A DNA stretch of 64,000 nucleotides from the human T2T-CHM13v2.0 reference genome, Homo sapiens. Under the pieces are notes generated by a model, which worked only from the letters and a program-made list of their open reading frames with translations, made no database searches and had not been told where the DNA came from. Positions 15,119 through 32,227 of this stretch are shown here, piece after piece. Within the stretch, counting starts at the first letter, position 1; the number at the start of each line of letters is the position of its first letter. The translations under genes and the position numbers were made by a program. The stretch lies in the NCBI RefSeq assembly GCF_009914755.1, contig NC_060926.1; one strand, written 5' to 3'.

Positions 15119-16115
15119 CAGAAGAATGGACTTTGGACTTTGAATGTTCCCAATACAAATAAATAATAAATGTTTCAGGTGATGAGTAGGCTAATTAACC
15201 TGGTTTGATCATTACACATTGTATACATGTATCAAAATATCACACTCTACGCCATAAATAGGTACAATTATCACATGTTAATCAATAATAAATCCAAAAA
15301 ATGAAAAAAAAGCTTTGTGAAAACAAGGTCAAATTAAGTGCTATTTAACTTTTCATTTAAATGAATTTGGAAAAGCAAAACAATAGCAATTAGTCAACAA
15401 TAAAACAGAATTACTAGTTCCATCTCACTAAGCAACTGCCTTGCCAGTCTAACCTTGATTCTATAAAAATGCCATCTTCCCAAAGATGCCACTTTCTTCA
15501 CTAAGAATCATTGTTTTTGCATCAAAATAAATAGGACTACCATTAAAACTAAACTGGTTTCTAAATGTCTTCATCTGTTACAATGATACACCCTTTCTTT
15601 TAAGAATAATAGCCTTAAAAACCTTCTCCAGCAGTCTGATAATAAAAATTAACCCTTTTGTAGCTTGGATATGGAAATTTCAAAAAGCAAACTATTAAAA
15701 TCAAGTGGCCAAAAGAAAATTATACTTCTGGAGCCTCACTTAGTCTGTGGCACATTCTTAGGTTATTTTCAGTGGTAAAGTATTGTCATTTTTTAGCAAA
15801 GATTTGGATTGAAAGAATAGATTACATTTGCCCCCTGGTGTGATTAATAAGAAAATGATCAACCAGTAACATTCCATTCTTTTCATAAAAAATATATTGA
15901 CATAACATGTGCTCTGTGATTTGTTTTAATTTTATAATTTGTTTTTCACATGTTTTTAAATCAAAAAAAAATATAAACAAAGGAAAAGATCAGAATGCAT
16001 TAGGCAGGTTTTGTTTATTCTATATGCGCACCTACTACATGCGTTCATAAGATGATAGGAAGAATTACTTCAGAGTAATTCCTGGACTCATTTGTTTATC
16101 ATGCATTATGTTTCA

Positions 16116-18430
<2,315 letters not shown>

Positions 18431-18589
18431 AGATAATCCAACATGTGTAACACTACGTTTGTGAATAATAATAAGGCAGCTGATAACTGTGTAATTTCTT
18501 GGCAATGAAGAATAAAAACAAGAAAAACAGAGCAGAAAGGAATTTGAAAATAGTCTGTTTGATAAAACATATACACTTGGTGTTGTATA

Positions 18590-21342
18590 CAAGTTAAGTA
18601 TCCCTTACTCAAAATGTTTGAAACCAGATGTGATTCAAATTTCAATTTTTTCAGATTTTGGAATACTTGCATGTACCTAATGAAATATCTTGAGGATAGA
18701 CACAAGTCTATACATAAAATTTATTTACTTTTCATATATATGTTAAAAACATAGCCTAAAGGTAATTTAATACAAAGTTTTCATAATTTGTGCATGAAAC
18801 AAAGTTTGTATACAGTAAGCCATCAGAAACCAAAGGTGGCACTATCACAGCAAACCTTATGGACAATCTGTGGTTGTTTGACACCACCGTCTTTCCTGAC
18901 TTTGAATTTATATGTTGCCAATAAGCAATCATTTTCTTACAGTTATTTACACATAAGTGCTTAACAGTAAAAAATATGACATACCATTAATGTAGTAAAA
19001 AAGTAAAATGATCAGGTTAGCTAAGCAGCACAGTAGCATCCCCAGAACACCTGTATCAGATGTTGAACCACAGCATCCACGAACAATGGCAAGCTTTCAA
19101 TCTCCACCTACGATGCTGTGCTTTGATTAAAAGTTTATTGTATATGGTATTTTATTTTGTTTGGTGAGGAAAATGTTAGAAGCAGTTGAGGAATCTGGAA
19201 GTAAATCATCTAGGGATAAGGAGGCATTCTGCTGGATAGCTCTTTAAAATGTTTCCTCCAGACTCATCTGCCTTATTAACAATGGATTTTGTTTTAGAAA
19301 TTCTCTTTGATTTTATAAGCTGACAGGATTTCTTGTTCTGTTACGAATGCACCATGCTCTAGTTCTTCAATAAGCCCTTCACACATTTTTACCACGTCAT
19401 CTCTAGGCACTTTTTCTGCAGTGCTAGCATCGTGATCTCACTATTATGACAACCACCTCGATTCACAACCATTTGATATTTCACCATCAGTCAATGCATG
19501 AACAACTCTGGAGCATCATTATCAATGATAAAGCTTCAATATTCACTTATTCCAGCTTACTGACAGACTCTGAAGGTATATTTTTTGCCTATTAAAGGAA
19601 ATCCATTTTTTTCATCACTCGACATATAGAATCCTTTAAAGCCATCCCCTCATTAATTATCATCACTGAACACAGTCACTGGCAAGAAGTTGTGCCAGGT
19701 ATACACAACTGTCATTTTAGTAAGTGTGTTCCAGGCATTGACAACAGCATATATGGCATTCTTCATGCTAAACCTCTTTTGAATACTTCCCATGCCCCCA
19801 TCTCTGTTCATTGCTGCTGGTATGCTGTTCAAGAAAGTGCTTTTATGTTTACTCTTCATTGATCCAATGATATCATGGTCACATGGCTAAATTAATAAAA
19901 TCACATTTTAGGCAAAAGTGCATGGCATAAACATTCTTTTTGATGAGAATTTTGGCTGGAAGATGAGCAGAACAGTTGTCAAGGAATAAGAAAATTATGC
20001 AGTCATCATCCAGTCCAGCTTCCCTGCAGTGCAGCACAGGGTGCTACTACAAGATATTTGTGAAACTAATCAGAAACGATGTTCTGGTGATTCATGCCTT
20101 TTTCTTAGCACAGCAATGGACTGGGAAGAAATTCACCAAATGAAAACAGTGAAGACACAAGCTATTGCTTATCACAGCAAGTTGACTTAGTGTGCCTGCC
20201 CCATTAGCACATCCAAGTACAGTTATTTTGTCCTTGACCTCCTTAATTCCTACAGGAGCTGTCTCATGGCTGTAGTCAGTGTCTTTCTAGGGCAAAAAGG
20301 CCAAAATAGTGATGATTCATCAACATTATAGACTTGTTCTGGCATCAGATTTTCATGAGCAATGACCGTGGCAAACTCATTAATGAATTTCTCTGCTGCT
20401 TCTTGATCAGTAGTTGTTTTATTACAACAAATCTTAGAAAAGAATGCTCTTTTCTTGAATTTCTGCCACCAGCCTGTTAAATATTTACAGCTCTCTTCAA
20501 TTTTCAGTTCACCATAATAGATCTTTGCTTGTTTCACGATCAGCATAGCATAAGTGCCGTGTATTCACTGTGAAAGGACACACTCTTTCATTACACAATG
20601 GAGACCTTCATTTTTAGCTTTATGCACTGCTTTTTAATTTTTAATTAATGTCTGCTCATTACTTTCAGAATATAACTTCAACAGTTTATCTTTCTGTTTC
20701 TTCACATGATACATAGTGGTCACTACAATACCATATTCTTCTGTAAGACATTTCACATTTCTGTAAGACATTTCACGCTGTCTTATATTACATTACAGAA
20801 ATGTCTTCTGTAAGACATTTTACAGTGTCCAGTTTCTCTAACAGGTTAACTTTCTGTGCTATACATAAAAATAAATATTTCCTCTTTCGTATCACTGTTG
20901 CCCATAGTGTATATGCAGAACTTTTTTTGACATTCTCAGCAATATCTTTATAACATGGAGCAGAGAATAAGTAAACAACAACAACAAAATGTAGTGATTC
21001 ATGCACAAAGATCTTGGCTTTGAAAACTTCGTGGGAACATGCCATTGGCACATCCAGCCTGCACCCATGCCATTTCATTTCATGTGCCATTTTGTGGCCA
21101 TTCTTGTGTGGGGAAATCTGGGCACGTGTGGAAAATATATGTTGTAGCTGAAGAGGGCAGAAGTGGTCTTTTTACTATGGGGATGCTGAATATACTGCGT
21201 GTTGTGCCTGTGTTTTGACTGTAACCTGTCACATGAGGGCAGGTGTCGAATTTTCACCTTGTGGCATCATGTTGGTGCTCAAAAAGTTTTAAATTTTGGA
21301 GCATTTCAGATTTCAAATTTTCTGTTAGGAATGCTCAATCTG
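18590..21342 (-). mobile_element. Full-length Tigger4/Zombi-like TcMar DNA transposon with decayed transposase
   Basis: TIRs caagttaagtatcc... / ...ggaatgctcaatctg flanked by TA; minus ORFs give CENP-B-like HTH (KRKYLFLCIAQKVNLLEKLD), GWWQKFKKR, QVYNVDESSLFW and AVVNAWN pogo-type motifs. Confidence 0.9.
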
Positions 21343-21649
21343 TACTCAACATTCACTGCATTTATTGGTTTTCTATGAGTTCCAGATACTGTGAAATTTG
21401 GAGTTGAATATACTTGATGAGCATATGATGAGATAAACATTATTAAGTAATTTAAAATTAGATAAAAGATTGGTATTATAAATACAGTATAAATGACCAG
21501 GCTATGGAGTCTGAAGAAGGGCTAACACAATTTCCTTGGAAGGAGGAGAAATTTTAGCTTCTTTTGCAGAGCAAGTGGAGTTATGTTAAGAACTCATGTG
21601 TCAACAAATTACAATACAACTATTTAATATTGGTGTTCTTATATAGACT

Positions 21650-21752
21650 CTATAATCTCTGAGCTCAGGGTGCATATCAATCCTGTTCCTTTGTAGTTTT
21701 TCAATGCCTCTCATAAAGTAGATGTTTAATAATACCAGTTGAATGAATAAAC
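21650..21752 (+). mobile_element. L2 3' end
   Basis: aagtagatgtttaataataccagttgaatgaataaa L2 terminus. Confidence 0.55.
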
Positions 21753-23084
21753 AATATATAACAGAAACTGCATCTTTGTGTCAGAAATCAACACAGAGAT
21801 TCAGTAAAGATTTATTCAGGAAATAGAAAAATTTAGCCAAAGTCTTGCTATTTGCAGAAAAAAAAAAAAAGGTTAAAGCCTTTGGTTGCTGGAGAGTGAA
21901 TTGAATATAACTCCAAGATTTGAGGTTGGTGCTAATATTAGTATAAATACGGAATCAGGAGAAATGTTTGTCTTGAGTCCACAGGGGGAAAAAAAAGAAG
22001 TTTAGGACATTTTAAATTGAGATATCCAGGATATCTTACATCACAAACTATCAGGTCGGTAGTTCAAAATGCACTGTTGGATGCCAGAAGAAATATCTAA
22101 GCTTTAACCTACAGATTTCTGGAACTCCACATACAGGGAAAATGAGAGATTCAGACTTTAATGTTGAGGTAGGTATAAATATAGATTTAAATATATTAAT
22201 TTATCTCTTTTTCTCTGTCTATATATAGATATGTATATTCCAAAAGGTTAAGAAATGATTTGGAAGAGGTAATGATTAGAGCTGAAAGCATGAATAAAAT
22301 TTCTAAATAAAAATTAAAATAAAATTTAAATAATATATTAGAATCAAATAAAAACTAGAAAACAATTCTAAACGTTAAAATATGTATTAATTTCAGTAGT
22401 CAATATTTTAGTATGTCTATGTTAAAATATTATAAGAACATATAAATGTTATACTCTTGCAGACTTCACACATTTTGGCTATTTTTTGAACTGATCTCTT
22501 GTCTGCTCAAGTCTTTTTCCCCCTCATGTGGGGGAAAAAAGCAGAAATTAATTTTCTTCTAACAGTAGCAGTTGATATTTTAAATCACCATTCATTTGAT
22601 TTATTGATTTGGCTTCATTCAAATTGTTTTGGGCCTGTCATATTGGCAAAATAAGTGAGGTTTTAATTACTTTTATTCCTCTTTATTCAGAGGATGTCCT
22701 TTTCAAAGGATCTTTTGCAGAAGGAATGCTTCAGCAAGTCAGGGAATGCATTTTTTCAACAATAAATCTATTCATGTGTTAGTATAAAATGCCACCTCAG
22801 GGGATGAAAGAATAATTTAAAAAATAGAAAATACCTTCTTTTTCTAGATCAGATTATTTACTATTTCATATTTTGTTTACATTCAATTAATCTGTAAAGA
22901 AAATTCAACTGAAATTAAATTCACAAAAGTGTTTTTCTAGTTTGGGTAACTAGGCAAAATAGTCCTAAATGTTTGTAGAATAAAAATGTTAACACCCCAG
23001 GTTGAAAAATAAAGTTTAGAGATTCTTGCCCAATCATATGTAAAACATGCACTTACTAATTATTAGTGAATGAATGAAATGAAA

Positions 23085-24240
<1,156 letters not shown>

Positions 24241-24296
24241 AGCTAGCCATTATATAATTTTTGTGAGCTTTCATCACTTTGACAAAAAATATACCT

Positions 24297-24812
24297 GTAA
24301 TAAACCCTTCATTTTTCAGCCCCATGTCCAAATTATTTGCTCTTTAATGCTGTGGCTAAGAGTATGCAGATTACATTTCCCAGGCCCTGTGACAGCTAGC
24401 TTCTTGTTAGTTTCTGCCAATAGAAGGCACTGATAGGAGATCAGAAGGCATGAGGATGACAGAAGCCACTGTCTTCTTCTCTTTTTGCATCTGTCAGGAT
24501 TACTAGATGTGCACATTTATTAAGAAATTTTAACTTTAATCACAGGACTCAACTTTTCTGATTCCAGAAAAGTAGAAGCTCCACCCTTGTAGTTCCAGTA
24601 CTACCCAGGTGGCCCCTCCTAAGTCTCTGAAAGCTCCTGTTCCTCCTCACTTTAATTCACCCACCTGTGCAGTAGGAGCCGGTGGCTGCTGCTTACTACA
24701 CATACTGACAGCTTAGTTAAGTGACTCCATCCTTTCCTCTCTCAGCATTTCCAATACATACAACCAGTTTTCTCTAGTGTGGCTTCAGTTTTCCTGACAG
24801 GACTCTAATAAG
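24297..24812 (+). mobile_element. LTR33-like ERVL LTR
   Basis: tacatttcccagg...ttctgccaatagaaggcactgataggagatc; 3' end ttcagttttcctgacaggac. Confidence 0.65.
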
Positions 24813-24883
24813 GAAACCAATGCACAAGGGGAACAGACAGTTCCCTTATTTTAGTAATTCAAGTATTTGTTGCTAAAGTCAAA

Positions 24884-24886
<3 letters not shown>

Positions 24887-24929
<43 letters not shown>

Positions 24930-24975
24930 AACTATATATATATATGTTTAACTATATATATATATATAGTTAAAA
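24887..24975. repeat. (TA)n tract with embedded ttaac/gttaa units
   Basis: Direct reading. Confidence 0.95.
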
Positions 24976-25039
24976 CCAAAGCATATCTATTTGTCTACGT
25001 ATACAAACACACACGCATATACAATGTCAACTCTCTCTA

Positions 25040-25071
25040 TAGATAGATAATAGATAGATAGATAGATATAG
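25040..25071. repeat. (TAGA)n microsatellite
   Basis: Direct reading. Confidence 0.85.
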
Positions 25072-25091
25072 AAACAGAGACACGGAGGAAG

Positions 25092-25422
25092 AGACCCTTG
25101 AACAATGTGAGGGTTAGGGGTGCTGATCCCAGTGTAGTTGCAAATCTACCTATAACTTTGACTTCTCAAAAACTTAACTACTAACAGTCTACTGTTGACT
25201 AGAAGTCTTACCAGTAACATACTTGATTATACATATTTTGTATGTTATATGTATTATATAATATATTCTTAAAATAAATGAATGAAAAAATGTCATTTAA
25301 AAATTCATAAGAGAGAGAAAATATATTTACTATTCATTAAGTGGAAGTAGATTATTATGAAGATATTTATGCTCATCCTCTTCATGCTGAGCAGGCCAAG
25401 GAGGAAGGGGAAGAGGTGGGGG
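25092..25422. mobile_element. Tigger2-family terminal fragment
   Basis: gacccttgaacaa...ggttaggggtgctga...aaaacttaactactaa...cattaagtggaagt. Confidence 0.85.
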
Positions 25423-26039
25423 TATATATATATGTGTCTCACCACAAACAGATCTCTAATCAAGAGGCAAATAGTGAAATAAATCATAAGTCATAATATA
25501 AACATGCATTTGTATTTACAAAATAAATATTAGGTGAAATACTCAGCACACTACTAAATATTACCATTTACATATTACCATATTATATGTCACCATGCTA
25601 CATGTAACCGTTAATGTGTGCTTGCAAGAAAAGCATGCAAGTATCCATATGCATGTTTGAGGAGGGTTTCCAAATTGATCAGTTGAAAATGCTCTGTGAT
25701 AAAAGCTATGGATACTCAAATTAGGATAGATTTATAGCAACTAATTTTGACTGAGTCCCTTACTTTTGCTGAAGTTTACATGCACATTTGATTTAACTCT
25801 ACACAACACACATTTATAAGAAGAATAGGCACTAATACTCTTTTCATAGAACCTAGAGGAGATTAAAAGGCTTTCTTCAATGTAAATTTAGTTCTGTATG
25901 ACTACAAATTCCATGTTGCTTCCATGACGATATTTATTTATTTTTTTTAGTTTTCTATAGGTCTTTTAACTTCGGATGAACCATTTTCCAAGTCAGTAAT
26001 ATTGGAAAACTGTATAAAACACATATTAATGGTAAGACC

Positions 26040-26248
26040 TAGACCTGCCTTGTAATTATGATAAACACTACCCACATGTGCTTATTTAGATGTTAAATTG
26101 TTAATTAGAATTGGGTAAAATTAAAATTTAATTCCTGACTAGCAGTACCCACATTTCAAATGTTCAGTAGCCACATGTGTCTAACCATAGTGGTGAGCAT
26201 AGTCATAGAATATTTCTATCACAGAAAATTCTGTTGAATAACACTGAT
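26040..26248. mobile_element. MER3 hAT-Charlie element
   Basis: cacatttcaaatgttcagtagccacatgtg...gaaaattctgttgaataacactg. Confidence 0.8.
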
Positions 26249-26869
26249 TTAGAATATAAGATACTTATAAAGGGAAAGTAAATGCATCCTTTATTTTCTC
26301 TAAAATCAATTTTATGTCATTTCCAATTTTTCCCTTTAATGCATTTCAAGGGTATAACACAGAATTTCTTAAATTGCAGTAGTTTCAAATGATACAGTAA
26401 CAAGTATAAGATCTTTAGGCCACATGCCTACAAAAATATAAAATGCAACTCTGAATGAAAATTTCATAAGCCTACTGACAAATTAAAAAATGGAGGAGTC
26501 AGAACTCAGGCACTATTTCTCAAACTGGAAACAATAGTTACATTCAGAAAAATATAAAAATATATAGGAAATTATTTTCTAGAAACTGTAAAATATGAAA
26601 AAAGAAATTATTGGCTTAAAAAATAGAAACTAGTTATCAAAAACACTTTAATGAAAGAGAAGCAGGGAAACTGTAAGAATGCTAAAACTCATTTACATAC
26701 ATAGCATATTGACAACACACCTAAGAAGAAAAATCAAATTGAATGGTACTTTGAAAAGACAGTCCAACACATTAACTATGCCAATAACAACATCAAAACT
26801 GCCATTTCTCTCCAGCAATAAGTAGCAATATGTAGATTACAAGGTACATCAGAGGAAAAGGCCATGGAA

Positions 26870-27560
26870 AGATTACTGGTCACACCCAAGTTAATAATGG
26901 CAGCATGAAGGTCAGCAACCATGACCACTGTCACTCACACAGTCATTCACACAGTGTTCAGCAAGTGATCCCTCTTACCATCCCCGGGGGAAGAGTCCCA
27001 CTGTGGAGAGAATAACAAAGAGCACAACAATGCCTACCAACAGGAACAGTCCTAGGGTGTCAATTCATTGCATCGTTTGAAGGTGTCACAGTTACTAAGA
27101 GAAACATGGACAACATATCACACTCGCCCATCACACAGGCACTGGATGGAACAAGACTTTACTTAGAGAAGACACAGAGAAAGATCAGCTTCTGTAGTAA
27201 GTATAGGTTCCCCATGGCCAGCAGGTCTCAGCCTGTATCTAGCTCATGCAGGGAGATGGTCCATACTTACCCTCTTTATGCTGAAGATAAATGATCCATT
27301 TCCCTCCTCACTTGGATTATAGATAGCAGTGTGATTGGTTAGGTGCTATATTATACACATGCTTAAGCAGAACAAGAATGGACAAAAGAAACCCAGAAAA
27401 GGGAAGATATGTCCAAAGTTATATGCCTGGCACAATCTGTGAGCACTAGTTATCTGCATGTAAGAAAATGTTTCAGGCATAAGACACACTCTTATATCAA
27501 CCATGGAAGGGTAGGCAGGCTGCACTCACAGTTTTATAAGTTTCCCAACATACAGTCTCA
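26870..27560 (-). mobile_element. Possible old ERVL LTR (MER73/MER74-like)
   Basis: GC-richer island with LTR-like tgattggttagg...gcttaagcag; weak recollection only. Confidence 0.35.
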
Positions 27561-29906
27561 TAAGTTGATTCATTTTCTCTCATTCTTAGTCTCCTTATAT
27601 ATATTTTAGAATAATATTATTGTTTTTGTGTTTTTTTGTAAACAACTCAGAGGGTATTTGGGAGACTAAGTAAAATAAATACTGGCTACAAGAAACCTTG
27701 AATTTTTCAAACCAGGTACTATTTAAATATAAGCTGTTGATATGTTGTCCAAAGTTTGAATTTGGCAATTCTTGGTGAAGAATACAAATATAGGAGGAGG
27801 TAGAGAAAGATGGAAGAACAGAAGGCTCTTCCAATCTCTACCCCACCCACCCCACCAAAAGGACACCAATTTAAAAACTATCTACACAAAACAGGCACCT
27901 TAATACAACCAAAAATCAGGTGAGCACTCACAGTACTTGGTTTTAATTTCCCATTGCTGAAAGAGGCACTTGAAGAGGTAGAAAAAACAGTCATCAAATG
28001 CTAAGCTACCCTTACCCCATCCCCTGGAAGTGGTGGTGAGGTGCAGAGACAGAATCTGAACTCCTGGGAGAGGGAGGGCACAATAATTGTGAGACATTAC
28101 ATTGAACTCAGTGCTGCCCTGTTATGGCAGAAAGTTAAACTAGGACGAACTCAGTTCATGCCTGCTCATGAAGGGAGTATTTAAACCAGCCCTAGCCAGA
28201 GGGGAATCACCCATCCCAGCAGTAAGAACGTGAATTCCTGCAAGCCTTGCCACCATTGGCTAAAGTGCTCTGGAGCTCTAAATAAACTTGAAAGGTAGTG
28301 TAGACCACAAGGACTGCAACAGCTATGCAACTTTTAGTGCTGAACTGAGCTCAGAGCCAGGGGACTTCAGGGGCATGTGACCTACTGAGACACCAACTGG
28401 GGAAGCTAGGAGAGTGCTGGCACCACAACTCCCCTAACTCCAGGCTGCACAGCTCAAAGCTTCAAAAGAGACCCCATCCTTCCACTTGAGGAGAGGAAAG
28501 GGAAGAATGGGGAGCACTTTGTCCTGCATCTCAGAAATCAACTCAACCACAGCAGAAATAAGACACCAGTTGGAGTCATGAAGTTCCCTTTCCAGGCCCT
28601 AGCTCCCAGATGACATTTCTAAATACACTTTGGACCAGAAGAGAACCTGCTGTCCCGAACAGAAGGACCTAGTACTGGCAGAATTTATCACTGGCTAACT
28701 GAAGAGCCCTTGGGTGGGCTCTTCAGTGAATAATCAGTGGTGATACCCAGGTAGTACGTCATGAGCCTTGGGTGAGACTCTGAAACTTGCTGGCTTCAGA
28801 TGAGACTCAGCACATTCCCAGCTATGGTAGCTATAAGAAGAGACTCCTGCTTGATAAAAGCAAGAGAAAATAAAGGAGACTTTGTCATATGTACCTTAGG
28901 TACTAGCTCAGCCAAAGCAGGGGTAGAACACAAAGCAGACTCTTGGGGTCCCTGATTCCAGGACTTGGCTCCTGGAAAGCATTTCTGGAACTGTCCTGGG
29001 CACAAAGGGAGCCCACTGCCCTGATGAGTGAGTCCTAGCTCAGGCACCATTCACAAGCTGACTGAAGAGCCATTGACCTTAAGGGAACATCAGAGATAGC
29101 CTAGTAGAATTCCCTGTGGGCTTGTGGTGGTGGTGGCCACAGGGCGAGGCTCCTCTGCCTTTGGAAAAGAGGGAAGAGTGGGAACAACTGCATTTTGTGG
29201 TTTTAGTGTCATCTCAACTGCAGTACAATAGAACACAAGGTAGACTTCCAAGGTTTCTGACTCTAGTTCCTGGCTCCTGGACATTACCTCTGAAACTGCC
29301 CAAGGCCTAGGAGAACTTGCTTCCCTGAAGAGAAGGAAACAAGCCTGGCTGGCTTCACCAATTGCTAACTGTAGAACCCCAGGGCCTTGAGACAATATAG
29401 GAGGTAGCCAGGAAGTGGTTATGGCAGGCCTTGAATGAGACCCAGTGCTGTGCTGGGTCAGGTCTGACCTAGCACAGTCCTAGTGGTGGTGGCCACAGAG
29501 GTGCTTGTGTCACTCCACCTTTATATCCAAATGGCTCAGAACGGAGAGAGAGAGAGAGACAGACTACATTTGTTCTGGAGAAAGTAACGGAACAGAACAA
29601 GAGTCTCTGCCAGGTAATCCAGAGAATTCTCCTAGATCTTGTCTAAGACCATCAAGGTGGTACCTCTAATCTACATGAACCACAGTGCCACTGGGCTTGG
29701 GGTGTCCCCTAATGCAGATCAACTTAGATTGCAACACTCAAGGGCTTTCAAATATCTGAAAAGCCTTCCCAAAAACGAAGGGTACAAATAAGCTCATACT
29801 ACAAAGACTACAATAAATACCTAACTTTTCAATGCCCAGACACAGATAAAAAATTACAAGTGTCAAGATAACCCAGGAAAATGACCTCACAAAATGACTA
29901 CACAAG

Positions 29907-32227
29907 TGTAGTAGTCTGCTTTCATGCTGCTGATAAAGACATACCTGAGACTGGGCAATTTACAAAAGAATGAGGGTTATTGGACTTACAGTTCCACATG
30001 GCTGGGGAGGCTTCACAATCATGGCCAAAAGCAAGGAAGAGCAAGTCACATCTTACGTGGATGGCAGCAAGAAAAGAGAGAATGTATCAGCAGGAGAAAT
30101 GCCAGATGCTTACAAAACCATCAGATCTCATGAACACTCACTCACTATCAGGGGAACAGTATGGGAGAACTGCCTCCATGATTCAATTATCTCCCACTGG
30201 TTCCCTCCCACAACATGTGGGAATTATGGGAGTACAATTCAATATGAGATCTGGGTGGGTACACAGAGCCAAACAATATCATTCTGCCCCTGACCCCTCC
30301 CAAATCTCATGTCCTCACATTTCAAAACCAATCATGCCTTCCCATCAGTCCCCCAGCGTCTTAACTCATTTCAGCATTAACTCAAAAGCCCACAGTCCAA
30401 AGTCTCATCTAAGACAAGGCAAGTCCCTTCTGCCTATGAGCCTGTAAAATCAAAAGCATATTAGTTAGTTCTTGGATACAATGGGAATACAGGCATTGGG
30501 TAAATATAGCCATTCCAAATGAAAGGAATTGGCCTTTGGGCTACAAGTCCTATGCAAGTCTGAAATCTAGCAAGGCACTCAAATCTTAAAGCTACAAAAT
30601 GATCTCCTTTGACTCCATGTCTCATATTGAGGTCATGCTGATGCAAGAGGTAAGTTCACAAAGTCTTGGGCAGCTCCACCTCTGTGGCTTTGCACAGTAT
30701 AGCTCCCCATCTGGCTGCTTTCATGGGCTGGCATTGTGTCTGTGGCTTTTCCAGGTGAACAGTGCAAGCTGTCAGTAGATCTACCATTCTAGGGTCTGGA
30801 GATGGTGTCCCTCTTCTCACAGCTCCATTAAGTGGTGCCCCTGTAGGGACTCTGTGTGGGGGCTCTGACCCCACATTTCCCTTCCACACTGTCCTAGCAG
30901 AGGTTCTCCATGAGAGCCCTGCCCTTGCAGCAAACTTCTGCCTGGATATCTAGGCATTTCCATGCATCCTCTGAAATCTAGGTGGAGGTTCCCAAACCTC
31001 AATTCTTAATTTCTGTGCACCTGCAGGCTCAACACCATGTGGAAGCTGACAAGGCTTGGGGCCTGCACCCTCTGAAGCCACAGCCTGAGCTCTATGTTGG
31101 TCCCTTTCAGCCATGGCTGGAATGGCTAGTACACAAAGCACCAAGTCCCTAGGCTGCACATAGCATGGGAACCACGGGCTCAGCACACAAAACCACATTT
31201 TCTTCCTATACCTCCAGGCCTGTGATGGGAGGGACTACAATGAAGACCTTTGATATACCCTGGAGACATTTTTCCCATTGTTTTGGGGATTAGCTTTAGG
31301 CTACTCCTTACTTATGCAAATTTTTGCAGCCAGCTTGAATTTCTGCTCAGAAAATGTGTTTTTCTTTTCTATCACATTGTCAGGCTGCAAATTTTCCAAA
31401 CTTTTATGCTCTGCTTCCCTTATAAAACTGAACGTCTTTAACAGCACCCAAGTCACCTCTTGAATACTTTGCTGCTTAGAAATTTCTTCTGCCACATACC
31501 CTAAATCATCTCTGTCAAGTTCAAAGTTCCACAAATCTCTAGGACAGGGGCAAAATGTCACCAGTCTCTTTGCTAAAGCATAACAAGAGTCACCTTTGCT
31601 CCAGTTCCCAACAAGTTCCTCATCTCCATCTGAGACCACCTCAGCCCAGCTTTCATTGGCTATATCATTATCAGCATTTTGGCCAAAGCCATTCAACAAG
31701 TCTCTAGGGAGTTCCAAACTTTCCCACATTTTTCTGTCTTCTTCTGAGCCCTCCAAACTGTTCCAACCTCTCCCTGTTACCCACTTGCAAAGTTGCTTCA
31801 ACATTTTCGGTTATCTTTTCAGCAACACCCCACTCTTCTGATACCAATTTACTGTATTAGATCATTTTCATGCAGCTGATAATGACATACCCAAGAATGG
31901 GCAACTTACAAAAGAATGAGGGTTATTGGACTTACAATTCCACATGGCTGGGGAGACTTCACAATCATGGCAGAAGGCAAGGATGAGCAAGTCACATCTT
32001 ACAGGGATGGCAGCAGGCAAAGACAGAATGTACCAGCAGGGGAAATGCCAGATGCTTCTAAAACCATCAGATCTTGTGAGAACTAATTCACTACCACAAG
32101 AACAGTATGGGGTAAACTGCTTCTATGATTTGATTATTCCCACTGGTTCCCTCCCACAACATGTGGGAATTATGGGAGTACAATTCAAGATGAGATCTGG
32201 GTGGGGACACAAAGCCAAACTATATCA
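29907..32227 (-). mobile_element. Full THE1 (THE1D-like) MaLR provirus: LTR 29907-30281, internal region, LTR 31853-32227
   Basis: Two 375-bp direct LTRs; internal ORF 31301..31804 (GRGWNSLEGSEEDRKMWESLELPRDLL); TSD acaag/ataag. Confidence 0.96.

Noticed and set aside
19653-21090. Possible domesticated TIGD/JRK-like gene
   Set aside because: Transposase is broken into pieces by stops and frameshifts and still bounded by TIRs.
28480-29420. Repeated ~300-bp units that might suggest a novel array
   Set aside because: Consistent with the internally repetitive 5'UTR of L1M1/L1MA elements; not CRISPR-like.
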